Source of the DNA: Eledone cirrhosa
Lineage: Eukaryota
DNA: 64,000 nucleotides
Assembly (NCBI GenBank): GCA_964016885.1
Contig: OZ024741.1
Coordinates: 65,534,001-65,598,000 of the forward strand
Reading direction: 5' to 3'
Below are positions 1 to 11,220 of this stretch, one piece after another (position 1 is the first letter of the stretch; every line of letters begins with the position of its first letter). The translations under genes and the position numbers were made by a program. The notes under the pieces are model-generated. The model was not told where the DNA came from. It did not search any database and was given only the letters and a program-made list of their open reading frames with translations.

Positions 1-425
1 CCAAGAATTTTTGCTGGAGCCACTTTTTTAACATAAAACCAGTCTTGGCGCAAAATCAACTTTTTACATTCACATGACCTCTACCGACCAATCAAAATTG
101 TTTTGACCACAAGCATTTTTGCAACACAAAAATAACGCTGGAGCCACTTTTTTAACATAAAAACAGGTAGAATTCCCAAAACTAATCAGATCAGAGCAAA
201 CAGCACGGACACTCTATCTCAAAATTATTTTTGAAAAGCATTTAGAAATGCGCAACCGGTAAAAACTTAAAAACTTAAAACCACAACTGAATACTAACCC
301 ATACAATCACTAATACTCTTTTATTCCTAATTAAACCATTTTTCAACTGTGAACAATTTGTCAGCATTTTCTATTCCGTTTACCAATATATAATAACTTG
401 TGTGTTACACCTCTATTCTTTTAAC

Positions 426-463
<38 letters not shown>

Positions 464-470
464 AAAATGT

Positions 471-570
471 TTAACCCCGACAGCAGAGCTCAAGCCGTTT
501 CGACAGCTATTTATGGACTAAATTAGAATTTTTAGCGTGGTAATAAATAGCCGAACTTTTCAAGGGGTAA
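471..570 (-). ncRNA. Type I hammerhead ribozyme, U3-A8 core variant
   Basis: Minus strand reads ACCCC-TTGAAAA-stem II (CGGCTATTTAT/ATAAATAGCTG)-GAAA-CGGC TTGAGCTCT GCTG-TC|GGGGT. Predicted cut is between 479 and 478. Confidence 0.75.
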
Positions 571-1199
571 TTCCTTATATGGGAAGATTGTAGTTGTCAA
601 AAGGATTGGTCAAAATTTCTTGTAAACACAATTAAGTCTTTCTTGGTGGTAGGTGGGAGGTGGGGGTGGCTGAACTTGCCTGTGGAACAATGAGGGAGTG
701 GGTGGAGCCAGTCAAGAGTTGAAAGTGAATTCTATACAGCAAATTCTAAGGAGTGTGTATGAAATTAGGCTAGGTAGTAAGCAGGCGAAAAAGAATTCTG
801 GGGGAATTTGAGAGTGGGACGTTATAAAATTAAAAGGTTAATTAACTGAGATTAAAAGATAAATAAAAAATAATAAAAAAATTAAACAGTAACAAATAAT
901 AAAAAATCTCTAGAGTCTAAAGCAGCTGTTATATTTTTAGCTGGTATTGCGTTTTTGGCCAATGCTATATAGAATTTACTGAGGCTACAAAAGCCAGATG
1001 GGCTGCCTCAGGGTAGGTGAAAGAGGAAAAAGGAAAAGGAAGAGGAGAGGGAGTGGAAGGAAGTGAGAAGAAGAGATAAAGGGAAAAAGTAAAAAAGTAC
1101 ATCTACCTATGTATGCTGGAGTTTTCCCTATCTTGTTCGGCAAGTGGGGAAAAGAAGGATGTTGCAGCCATTGTCTACCCACCCGGGTCATGAGGGTGT

Positions 1200-3376
1200 T
1201 TGAGGGTGAGGTAAGTCCTACGCAATCGGTGTCTACATGCAGTTACAAGTTCGTCTTTTTTGTTTAGGAGTTGGTCCTTCGTAAACAGCATTTATATTGT
1301 TTCCCCCAAGCATAAGTTACACGGACGGCGACCTCCCGTGTAGGGGTTAGCCCTGGATAGTAAGCTCCAAGTAAGGTGGTATGTTATGTTGTTATCTTGG
1401 AGGTCTCAGATGTGGCCTGAAAGTGTAGTGGCATGACGCCGGGCCGGGTTTCGGAATGTAAGTCGGTGTTGGTAGAGCCGGGTCTTAAAGTTACAAGCGG
1501 TTAATCCTATATAGGCTTTGTTGGAGTTTTCCGTCCTCACGTTGCATTGGTAGATCACGTTACATTCTCGGCATTTGTTATTGAGGAGGCATGTAGATCT
1601 ATCAGGGTAGTTACACCTCCTGGTCGACTCTCCACTAATGTCTAGGTTGTTTCTTCCATACGAGTTGAGTTTCTTGTTGTTTGAGGAGGTGATGTTTTGT
1701 GCGAAGTTGGGTGTGGTGCTGTAAGAGAGTTTGATAGCGTTTTTGTTCATTATGTTGTGGTAACGGTGTTGTGGTGGGAAGTGTTTTTCGAGGAGCCTAA
1801 AGAAGATTTTCCTGATTGGTGTTACCACCTCGGCATTGTGGGGAGGGTTGAACCATGTTACGTGGCGTGAGCGGCAGCGTCGCCTGCTGGTTCCGTTAAG
1901 GAAAGCTGGATAAAAAGAGATTTCCTCCCGAAAGTCGCTTTGCTTGAAGGCCTGATTGTAATAAGGCGCATGTTCATCGAATATCTGCTCATTAGCGGAC
2001 AAATGAGATATGCGGAGGGAGATGTTTTTAACCAGGTTATTGGTGATGTTTCCAGGATGGCTAGAGTGGTGATGGATGTAGTGAAGGTTTTCGTTTGGTT
2101 TCCTGTATGGGTAGACAGATCATTTTCGAGGTTGAGGGTAACGTCCAGGAAATTGACTCGGGTTAGGTACGTTTGTAGGGTGATTTTAAATCCCCAGTCC
2201 CGGAAGAAGTTGCTTAGTTGTTTACGGACCTGGTCTGTACTACTGGGGTTGTACCCTTTCGTCTCGGTACAATCCACCAAGTTGCTTAGTTGTTTACAGA
2301 CCTGGTCTGTACTACTGGGGTTGTACTAATCGTCTCGGTACAATCACCGCTGAATGCAGGAAACATTTCGGTGAGTTTATGTAGTAGGAATAATCCTATA
2401 AATCGGTCACCTTGGCTGAGTTGGTTGTACCCATACTGACGTCGAAGGGGGAGTCGGGAGCTCTCTTTATCCACTTAGAGTTGTAGAAAAGGAGGACTGT
2501 CTTCCTGGTGTGGAGAAGGATGTTTCTTTCCTGGTCGGTGATGGGTGTGAGTGTTTTGGCAAAGTCCAAAGCGGCCGTAAGGAGTAGTAAGGTAATAGAG
2601 GCGTAATAGCTCTCTATGTCGAACTAGATGAATTTGGTGTTCCATTTGTCCTCGATATTCCTGAACCATGAGATGACTTCCTGGGTGCTGACACAAAGGC
2701 TAAGTTTCGTGTTTTGCTTAACTTTTGGTATAACGCGGTCTAGGATCTTTTTACCGATTCTCCCTATGTCCGACTTCGTCAGGTTTATAAGCCTGATGGA
2801 TGATTTGCGGTTGAAGTCGGATTTATGGTCCTTCAGGGTGAAGTAGGGAGTCCGTGGATCGAGAGGTTCAGTACGGTTGGCAACCTCGAGGTTGGAAGTA
2901 ATTTGTTGTCCATCTAGATTTATGTCATGGATTATAGAATGGTTTGCCTTCTTGTAGGTGGAGTTCAGGCTGCTCCTGATAAGTGTGTGGTATCTGTCAG
3001 GGTTGACGAAATAGAGGTTTCCAGTTTTGTCAGAATGCACCAGGATGTCATTGGTGCTTTCATACTCCGTTATTTTGCTACGGAGTTGTAGGAATCGATT
3101 GTGTCTGGGTTTAAATGTTATACCCTTGACCAGGTGGAAGAAGTCGTTCTTGAAGAATGAGAGCATATGGTTCGGTGGGGGAGATCTGTAGGTATCGAAT
3201 CCGAATCTCTCCTTGGTGTCGAAGTCCTGGTTGTGGCGGTATCTATCGTAGAAAAATGTTCTCCATCTCAGTGTTTTCGCAAACAGGTCGATTTTTTGCG
3301 TGAGCATCCGAAGGTAAAGTTTTCTTGGTGAAATTGGAATGTTCTTTGTGGAGAAGTCGATAGTGTGTTTTCGCAT
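1200..3376 (-). pseudogene. Disrupted PLE RT/GIY-YIG ORF
   Basis: ORF-track pieces 2624-3376, 1858-2280 and 1406-2002 lie in different frames. A ~70-bp internal tandem duplication at 2208-2349 overlaps the YRDD motif. Confidence 0.85.
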
Positions 3377-3409
3377 AGTATATATATATATATATATAAC
3401 TGTAGTAAT

Positions 3410-3810
3410 AATAATTGTTTCTACTTTTGGCACAAGGCCAGCAATTACCCAGTGTATTATTGGTATTTTATTTTATCGACCCCATAAGGATGAAAGGCAA
3501 AGTTAACCTCGGAGGAATTTGAACTCAGATCATAAAGGGACGTAACTCTATGCTTCAAAGCATGGTGTCCGACTCTCTACTGATATAATAATGATTTCTA
3601 ATATAGGCACAAGGCCAGTAATTTGGGGAGGTGGTGAAAGTCGATTAAATCGACCCAGTACGTTACTGGTGATTTATTTTATCGACCCCATAAGGATGAA
3701 AGGCAAAGTTAACCTCGGCGGGATTTGAACTCAGACCGTAAAGGACCGTAACCCTATGCTGCAAAGGATGGTGTCTGATTCTCTGCCGATACTGTCAATC
3801 CAGTGCCCTG
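3410..3810 (-). mobile_element. Two tandem copies of SINE family M (B-box GTTCAAATCC, MetaSINE-like core, (AAT)n tail)
   Basis: Reverse complement of the motif gttcaaatcccgccgaggttaactttgcctttcatccttacggggtcgataaaataaagtacc, which recurs about 20 times in the window. Confidence 0.85.
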
Positions 3811-3861
3811 ACTGTACTACTAATAATAATATCATTAATAGTATTAAAACTGGTTTATCAG

Positions 3862-3906
3862 ATGGTTAAAAGCTCAATGTCAGTTTGACCATGCCTTTTA
3901 TCTTCG
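3862..3906 (+). CDS. Candidate host-gene micro-exon (xWLKAQCQFDHAFYLR)
   Basis: tttatcag| acceptor, |gtgatt donor and an open frame. Phase-compatible with 4061-4082. Confidence 0.35.
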
Positions 3907-3924
3907 GTGATTTTGAAATTAGTC

Positions 3925-3982
<58 letters not shown>

Positions 3983-4060
3983 ATGCTATGAGTTGATAAA
4001 ACAACAGTAAGGCATTCATATATTTATTTAAAGCTTGAATGTGGTTTATTTTATATCCAG

Positions 4061-4082
4061 AATAGCAAGAGATATTTCAGAG
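4061..4082 (+). CDS. Candidate host-gene micro-exon (IARDISE)
   Basis: ttttatatccag| acceptor and GAG|gtaaat donor. The frame continues into 16075-16139. Confidence 0.35.
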
Positions 4083-4144
4083 GTAAATCTAATTGGTATA
4101 CTTCTGGACATCTTAGATTCCATGTTAGTATATATATATATATA

Positions 4145-4468
4145 TGGAGGCACATTGGCCGTGCAATCGAAAGGTTGTGAGTTCAATTCTCAGACCGAGT
4201 GATGTGTTGTTTCCTTGAGCAAGGCACTTTATTTCACATTGCTCCAGTTTACTCAGCTGTAGAAATGAGATGATAGGGACTGAGGTCCCTATCATTCCAC
4301 TGCAAAGTGGTTGTGGAGGTGCCACGACAAAAAAGCACCCAGCACTCACTGTAAATGAGGTTGGTGTTAGGAAGGGCATCCAGCCGTAGAAATCAAGCCA
4401 GAATCAGTTCCCGTCCCACCCTTGCAAGCAGGGAAAAGTGGACGTAAAATGAAATGATGATGATGATA
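4145..4468 (+). mobile_element. tRNA-derived SINE family T with an RTE-derived 3' end and (GAT)n tail
   Basis: Near-identical to 18361-18699 and 27178-27505. The 3' part matches the 3' UTR of the RTE at 18776. Confidence 0.85.
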
Positions 4469-4484
4469 ATATATATATATATAT

Positions 4485-4860
4485 ATACATTGTAAATAAC
4501 AATCAAAGAGTGTTTAAAACATTTAATCACTTGCGATCATTTCATCCTGGCACAAGGCTGGAATCATCGGAGTATATAATAAAGGTCAAAACTAATATAA
4601 TATCAGAACTTTGCCACAAGAACATGTATCCTCCTAATGTTCTTGTGGCAAAGTTCTGATATTATATTTGTGTTTTGATCTTTATTATATACTCCGATGA
4701 TTCCGGCCTTGTGCCAGGATGAAATGATCGCAAGTGATTAAATGTTTTAAACACTCTTTGATTATTATTTACAATGTATTTTGGCTCTGTAGTATACTTG
4801 TTATTTTACATTGAGCTATTTTCATACTTGTAATTGGATAATATTTAATATTACTCACAT
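4485..4860. mobile_element. Fold-back PLE pLTR fragment (arms 4485-4625 / 4637-4779, ~80-bp one-sided tail) with a degenerate HHR
   Basis: ~140-bp inverted repeat with an 11-nt loop between TA tracts. CCGATGA-stem II-GAAA-TGATCG-CA at 4694-4732. Confidence 0.75.
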
Positions 4861-5389
4861 TATATATATATAGATACAATTATATATATATAAATATATA
4901 TATAACCCTCAATTGTTTTAACAAAAACATAAACAAATCTACATCAAACCAATACTATCATAATGTACCATAATCTATAAACTTTCATTCAACCCACTCA
5001 CCCGACATTGCCATATAAGGTAAAAGAAAAATGAATCATCCTTTAAATCCATACCCCAACACTCTTGGAAAACAACAACCATCCTGCATTAATTACTGGT
5101 ATGAAGGTGATGAGCGTCATTAGGCTGCTGCCATTATATAAAGTAATCTTTATATTATTAAAACAGTGGCTACTACAACTTCTATAACAAGCCTGCAAGG
5201 CTGTCTTTATGCGATCACCATGACCTGCAATATATAGTAAATTCTCTTGAATAGCTCTTTACTGTCATTAAAAAAACTGAAAAAAACTTAGAACAATGAA
5301 GTCCTGGATATACAAAAAATGTGGGATAGTCACAGCTGGAACTCTTTGATCAAGGCTGACCTGGGGCTAAACAATAACATGGATATATC

Positions 5390-5690
5390 ATTATCATCAT
5401 CATCATTTTTAGATCCAGTTTTCCATGATTACAGGGGCTGGATAGGTCCTTTCTAGCACAGCCTCCTTCCATTCATACACATTCCTTCATCGTCTCTACT
5501 GTGAGGTTCAGCATTGTGGGACCACCTCTAGCCATCCCTGTCCAGGTTTTTCTAGGTCTTCCTCTATTATGGCTTCCTTCCACTGACATCACCTGCTGCT
5601 TCATCCAACATTCATTATCCATATGCATCACAAGGCCATACCAGCACAGTTTTCTCTGTTGCACACTACATATGACTCCTTTTATAAGGT
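5390..5690 (-). mobile_element. RTE LINE 3' fragment
   Basis: QQRKLCWYGLVM..RGRPRKTW C-terminal motif and a (GAT)n tail. Confidence 0.75.
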
Positions 5691-5691
5691 T

Positions 5692-5890
5692 AATAATAAT
5701 AATAATTGTTTCTACTATTGGCACAAGGCCAGCAATTACCCAGTGCATTACTGGTACTTTATTTTATTGACCCTGTAAGGATGAAAGGCAAAGTTAACCT
5801 CGGCGGGATTTGAACTCAGAATGGCAAGGCCGTAACTCTATGCGTCAAAACATGGCATCCGACCCTCTACCGATACTGCCAATCCACAGC
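5692..5890 (-). mobile_element. SINE family M
   Basis: Full head-core-(AAT)n copy in reverse orientation. Confidence 0.85.
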
Positions 5891-5895
5891 CAGTA

Positions 5896-7790
5896 AATAA
5901 TAATAATAATGAAATTATTGTGTACAGTGCTCAGGTGCACTACAACTCACCAAAGGTGCATGTATAGTACATAGAATAATGTACAAATGTCAGGAAAATG
6001 AACAGTGTACGAGTCATGAAATACATGTATGTGTGTGTATGGAGGGGGGACATCAGGTGTAGTGTTGGTGATTCTCAGGAAGCATGGAGGTTTTAAAGGA
6101 TGCAGTGTCTCGACAGCTAACAACTGATGCAGGTAGTTTGTTCTATGCTTCACCAACTCTGAGCGTGAAAAAATGTTTCAGAAAGTCATGGGAGCTGTGC
6201 TGTTTTCTGACTTTGTTGGCATGCCCACGTGTGTTAGACACATGGAAATCAAAAAGGTGCTCAGTGTTGTTGTTGGCAAGATGCTTAATAATTTTGTGGG
6301 TGTTTACCAAGTCAGTTGCCAGACATCGGAGCTTCAATGTATCCATGCCCAGGGAAGCAAGGCATTTAGAGTATGGTAGATGCCTGATGGAGGGTATTTG
6401 CTTGGTTGCACCTCTCTGAACAGTTTCCAGGCAGTCAATGTTCTGAGCAAGATAGGGGTTCCAGACTGGTGATGCAAATTCTAACTGTGGCCACACCATA
6501 GCTATGTACAGCTTTAAATAGATAGCTGGAGAGCAGCTGACAAAGGTCTTGCTGAGTGATGCTAAGACACCCTTGGCCTTCTTAGAGACGTGCTTCGTCA
6601 AACGCAAATCGCTGCTGACAATAATGCTCAAGTCACGTTCACAAGAAGACCTCTTGATATTAGTTTTGTGGAGGGAGTATGTGGATGCTGGGTTTTTACT
6701 CCCCAAATGCATGGTGGTACACTTGTCCATAGCCAGCTTAAGTTGCCAGTCTGTGATCCATTGTTGCATTGTGTCCAGGTCAGATTGCAGGCGAGATCTA
6801 TATTGTTCAGGATCTGTCCTTTTTATCTCAAGGTACAGCTTGATGTCATCTGCATATTTCAGTACTGTGGCATCTATGTCATTAATATATGCTACAAACA
6901 AAAGGGGACCAAGAACAGATCCCTGTGGTACACCAGATGACATCTCATATAGTGAGGAATCTGTCCTAGAACCGTGACTACTTCTCTTCGACTGAGAATG
7001 AAGGACTTCAACCAGTTAAAAAGATCATCCTTCACACCCATTGCAGAGAGTTTTGCCATAAGTCTTTTGTGTGGCACAGAATTGAAAGCTTTAGCAAAGT
7101 CAAGGTAAACAACATCCACCCATGTGCCACCATCAGTGATCAGGGTGATGTCTTCAAGAAAGTCGATAAGTTGATCACAGCAGCTGGAGTTAGGGATAAA
7201 TCAAAATTGTGAGGGCCGGATAAGACTGTGAGGATTCCATCAGTTTGGCAATGCAGCTAATAAGACTGACTGGACGATAGTTGACAGGTGAAGTGCAGTC
7301 CCCCTTTTTGAACAGAGGAATGACACTGGCAGTTTTCCACTATTCTGGAGTAGCACCATTGTTCAGACAGAATTGGAAGAAGCATGATAGCTGGTGCAGA
7401 AGGAAGTACCCAGCATGTTTAAGAAGCAGGTGTGTAAGACCATCAAGACCAGGAGAGGCATGGTTGCGTTTATTTTTAAGGTGACGTCGCAGCATTTCAG
7501 GTGTAAATTCCATAGTTGTAATAGAATCTGATGTCAGAGGTGGTGGAGATGGTATATTTTGGTCTTCAACAGTGAAAATGCCTGCATAGCATTCAGCAAT
7601 GAGTTCTGCGCATTTCTTGGGGTCGTCAGTAATCTGGCTTGTGTGGGGATTGCGAAGAGGAGCAACTGGAGATTGATGCCTCTGCTTTGCATGTACATAC
7701 TTCCAGAACACCTTACTGTCAGGGTTGGTTGGTATGCACTGCTCAGATTTAAGCACTGCCTTTTTTGTCACCTGCTTGAGATGTTTGGGT
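5896..7790 (-). mobile_element. CR1-like LINE, 5'-truncated and frameshifted
   Basis: RT motifs SPGLDGL, YLDFAKAFNSVPH, GVPQGSVLGPLLF and YADD. (ATT)n tail at 5896-5910. Confidence 0.85.
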
Positions 7791-8099
7791 GATTTATTTC
7801 GCTTTTTCCTATTGATATCTGATTTCGCTTTTTTCCTACTGATATCTGATTTCGCTTTATCCTTACAAGGTCAATAAAATAGAGCAACAGTAATGTAATG
7901 GTGTTGATCTAATCTATCCCCGCCCCCCCAAATTGCTGGCCTTGTGTCTTAATCAGAAACGATTGTTGTCCTTCATTTGCACAGTGATAATCTTATTAGC
8001 ACTGGATCATTTAATTGACTTCCTATCAAATTTTGTGATGTCAGATAGACAGTACTGTCTACAGGATGTCTGCTGTTCCCAAAAGTGTTATTTTTTGCA

Positions 8100-10900
8100 A
8101 TGTCATAATGCTGGGACTGATTCCAATTCAATTGGTATCACTTTTGCTTTCATATTCCACATTCTCTCGACCTCTATTCTCAAGTCTACATACTTTACGA
8201 TTTTATGATTTTCTTTACCATTGATGTAATTGTCTCCTTGACAAGCTATATTGCTCAACTAACACCTCCTTTCATTACCTTTCTCCACCAAAGTTATGTT
8301 TGGTGCATTGTATTTTCAAGAACTCTGTCTGGATTGTAAAGTTCCACAAGAGTTTCACAATTTGATTTTCTAGGACCTTTTTTGGTTTGTGCTAATACCA
8401 TTTCTTAGGTTGTTGCAAACCCATATTTCTTACATAAAGACCAATAAAGGTATAAATACACTTTATCGTGACATCTTTTATATTATCTCTATGCAAGCAT
8501 GCCACAGGCACTCACAATATGTGTCACACTTTCCACCTTCCCACATAACCTACACTTATTTGTTTCATCTAGATTATATATATTCCTTATCCCATTTGTG
8601 TTTAGTGCTTGAACTTCAGCAACTATTAATAAGCTTTGTCTCTCTCTTAAGATCACCATTTGTCAACCAATTCCATGAAGATCCTACTTTTACTTCCTTC
8701 CTTTCTCGCTCAAATAGACCATGTAATTCCATACTCTCTCTTGTGCTCAGTTTCACAGCCAGTAGCCTCTGTTTGTAATTTTCTTTACTTTCAATAGTAT
8801 CAATGCATAGGTCTCTGCATTTGGCAATGTAACTTAAAAGTTCTTGCCCAAGTCAATCTCAATGGCTGATGACCCTGGAGTTCTGTGTCTTTTGTTTGTA
8901 TTTTTATTTTTAAAAAATAATTTTTTAAGGCTTCCCCTAAAAAAATTGTTTTTCTGTTCTTTGTCTTGTCCTTTCTTTGTTAATTTTCCTAAATTTATCA
9001 TTCTCGATTTCTTCTTTGGTACAATTCAAAATAGCTGCCCTACATCCAATAACTAGGATAGCCCAGACATTGATAGCACTAATCAAGTTCTTCCCATTCA
9101 ATTTCGTTTTCAGTAGCAGTTCTCATCTATTTCAATTGACTTCCTTAACCTTTCCTTTCATCTCCTCATTCAGAACTTTGTCAAGCTCCAAAATGTCCAG
9201 TTATCTCTACTCACTATCTTCAGGGTCACAAATTTACTCTCCATCAGGTAACTCAATCCCATCATAATGCACATATCTACTTCTCTTCATAATCTGGGTT
9301 GCACATTTTACATTTTGGCAGTTGCCAAACTCCATCCCAATTTTTTGTGATCAGTTTTGACCAATAAGTCAACCTGAGATTCATTCCTATCAAAGTGCTT
9401 CAGATCATTCATGAAAGTAGCCAACTGATCTTAGGTCCTCTGTTTTCTATCTCATAGCCAATATCAGTATCCAATAAGACCAATAATAATTGTTTCTACT
9501 TTTGGCACAAGGCCAGCAATTATCTCAGTGTATTATTGGTACTTTATTTTATCGACCCCGTAGGGATGAAATGCAAAAATCTCAGCGGGATTTGAACTTA
9601 GACCATAAAGGACCGTAACTCTTTGTTTGCAAAGCATGGCGTCCGACCCTCTACCGATACTCAATAATAATGGCAATCACAAAGAGCAAAGGTGAGAAGA
9701 AATCTCCTTGAAATATTCTTCTTTTTATATTGACCACACATCAGTGTTATTTCCTGCACACATGTTTGTCTTCCACAAAGGCATGCTAGACTCTATTACA
9801 TTAATAACACAGTCTTCTTTCCCAAACATTTTCAAACATTTCAGTAGCCATGAATGTGGGACCATATCAAAGGCTTTCTTAAAGCCATGCATAAATTCTT
9901 TAGACACCATTTGCAGTTTGGATTGGCAGTATCGGTAGGGGGTCGGACGTCATGCTTTCCAGCATCGTTACGTCCCTTTACGATCTGAGTTCAAATCCCG
10001 CCGAGGTTGACTTTGCCTTTCATCCTTACGGGGTCGATAAAATAAAGTACCAGTAATGCACTGGGTATTTGCTGGCCTTGTGCCTAATGTAGAAACAATT
10101 AATGATCATCTTGTCAACAGCAAGATTGTCTTTGATTCCTTGGGAATATTTTCCTACATCCCTTCTACTCGACAGGTAACATCTCATTCTGGATCAAGTG
10201 ATCATACACTTTTGCAACAAAGATGTCAGTCAACAGTTTCCAAAACAAATTCAAACATGCAACCAGCTTGTAATTACCAACTAACTGATCTTTTCTTTTA
10301 TTCTTAACTTATGATCAACTTTATTTATCTATCTCACATTATTGTTATGGATTGGCAGTATTGGTAGAGGGTCGGACGCCATGCTTTGACGTATAGAGTT
10401 ACGGCCCTTGCCTTTCTGAGTTCAAATCCCGCCAAGGTTAACTTTGCCTTTCATCCTTACGGGGTCGATAAAATAAAGTACCAGTAATGCACTGGGTAAT
10501 TGCTGGCCTTGTGCCTAACGTAGAAACAATTATTGTTATGCTCTTTTGCAATTCCCCATAGATTTGACCAAAATTGTGAATTCTTCAGGATTAGATGTAA
10601 CTTCTGCACCCTTTTTCTCTAACAGAGCTCTAAAGAATATTCTCTCATTTGCAATATGTTTTGTTCGTATTGTTTTTGTCTATTTGTATAGCTCCTAACC
10701 CATTTAGATTTTGCCTTAATTCATTGCTTCACCTCTTCAATCACTTCATTCAAACCTATCAACTTTATTTTATATCTCATATCCATCTGTTGTTTCTCCC
10801 GGCCTTTTTCCACTTTCCTGTATGCCATCCATCCATTTTACCTTGACCTTTTCTGGGCTGGGTTCTATCAACTTCCAATCTTATCTTCCATCAGGCTTTC
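8100..10900 (-). mobile_element. Highly degraded R4/Dong-like LINE interrupted by SINEs
   Basis: KKAFDMVPHSWLLKCL, IFQGD..SPLLF, KLNGKNLISAINVWAI, HDKVYLYLYW and KYVDLRIEV motifs in broken frames. Boundaries are approximate. Confidence 0.6.
9482..10535. mobile_element. Three SINE family M copies (9482-9660 -, 9920-10100 +, 10349-10535 +)
   Basis: Shared core and (AAT)n tail. Confidence 0.85.
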
Positions 10901-11072
10901 TTGCATTTCTCCTTTCAGTGTGCTTGTTACCTAATCCCTCAGCCAAATATATATATACATATAAACAGTTCTATATGAGCAAGACGCGGTCACCTAACCC
11001 TTACCTTAAACGGGACAACCCGTCTAACCCATGTTAGTATGGAAACTAGATGCTAAACAATGATGATGATGA

Positions 11073-11145
<73 letters not shown>

Positions 11146-11220
11146 TGGTGTAGAAATATCAAAATAATTTTTACAGTAACTGTACCTCACTATTATTTGT
11201 ATTTTGAAAGTTTTGTGAAT

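Larger units (their letters stand above)
462..3378 (-). mobile_element. Penelope-like retroelement (RT + C-terminal GIY-YIG), degraded, flanked by (TA)n on both sides
   Basis: Frameshifted ORF pieces: MRKHTIDFSTKNIPI (N-terminus), GLYRDD, VNFLDVTLNL, TWFNPP, CLLNNKC..NVIY..AYIGLT..FKTRLYQH. A pLTR-like 3' region ends in a hammerhead motif. Confidence 0.9.

Noticed and set aside
13-162. 26-bp direct repeat gctggagccacttttttaacataaaa
   Set aside because: Only two copies at the window edge; cannot be assigned.
4996-5150. Minus-strand exon ending in CGG|gtgagt
   Set aside because: Good donor, but no convincing acceptor or partner exon.
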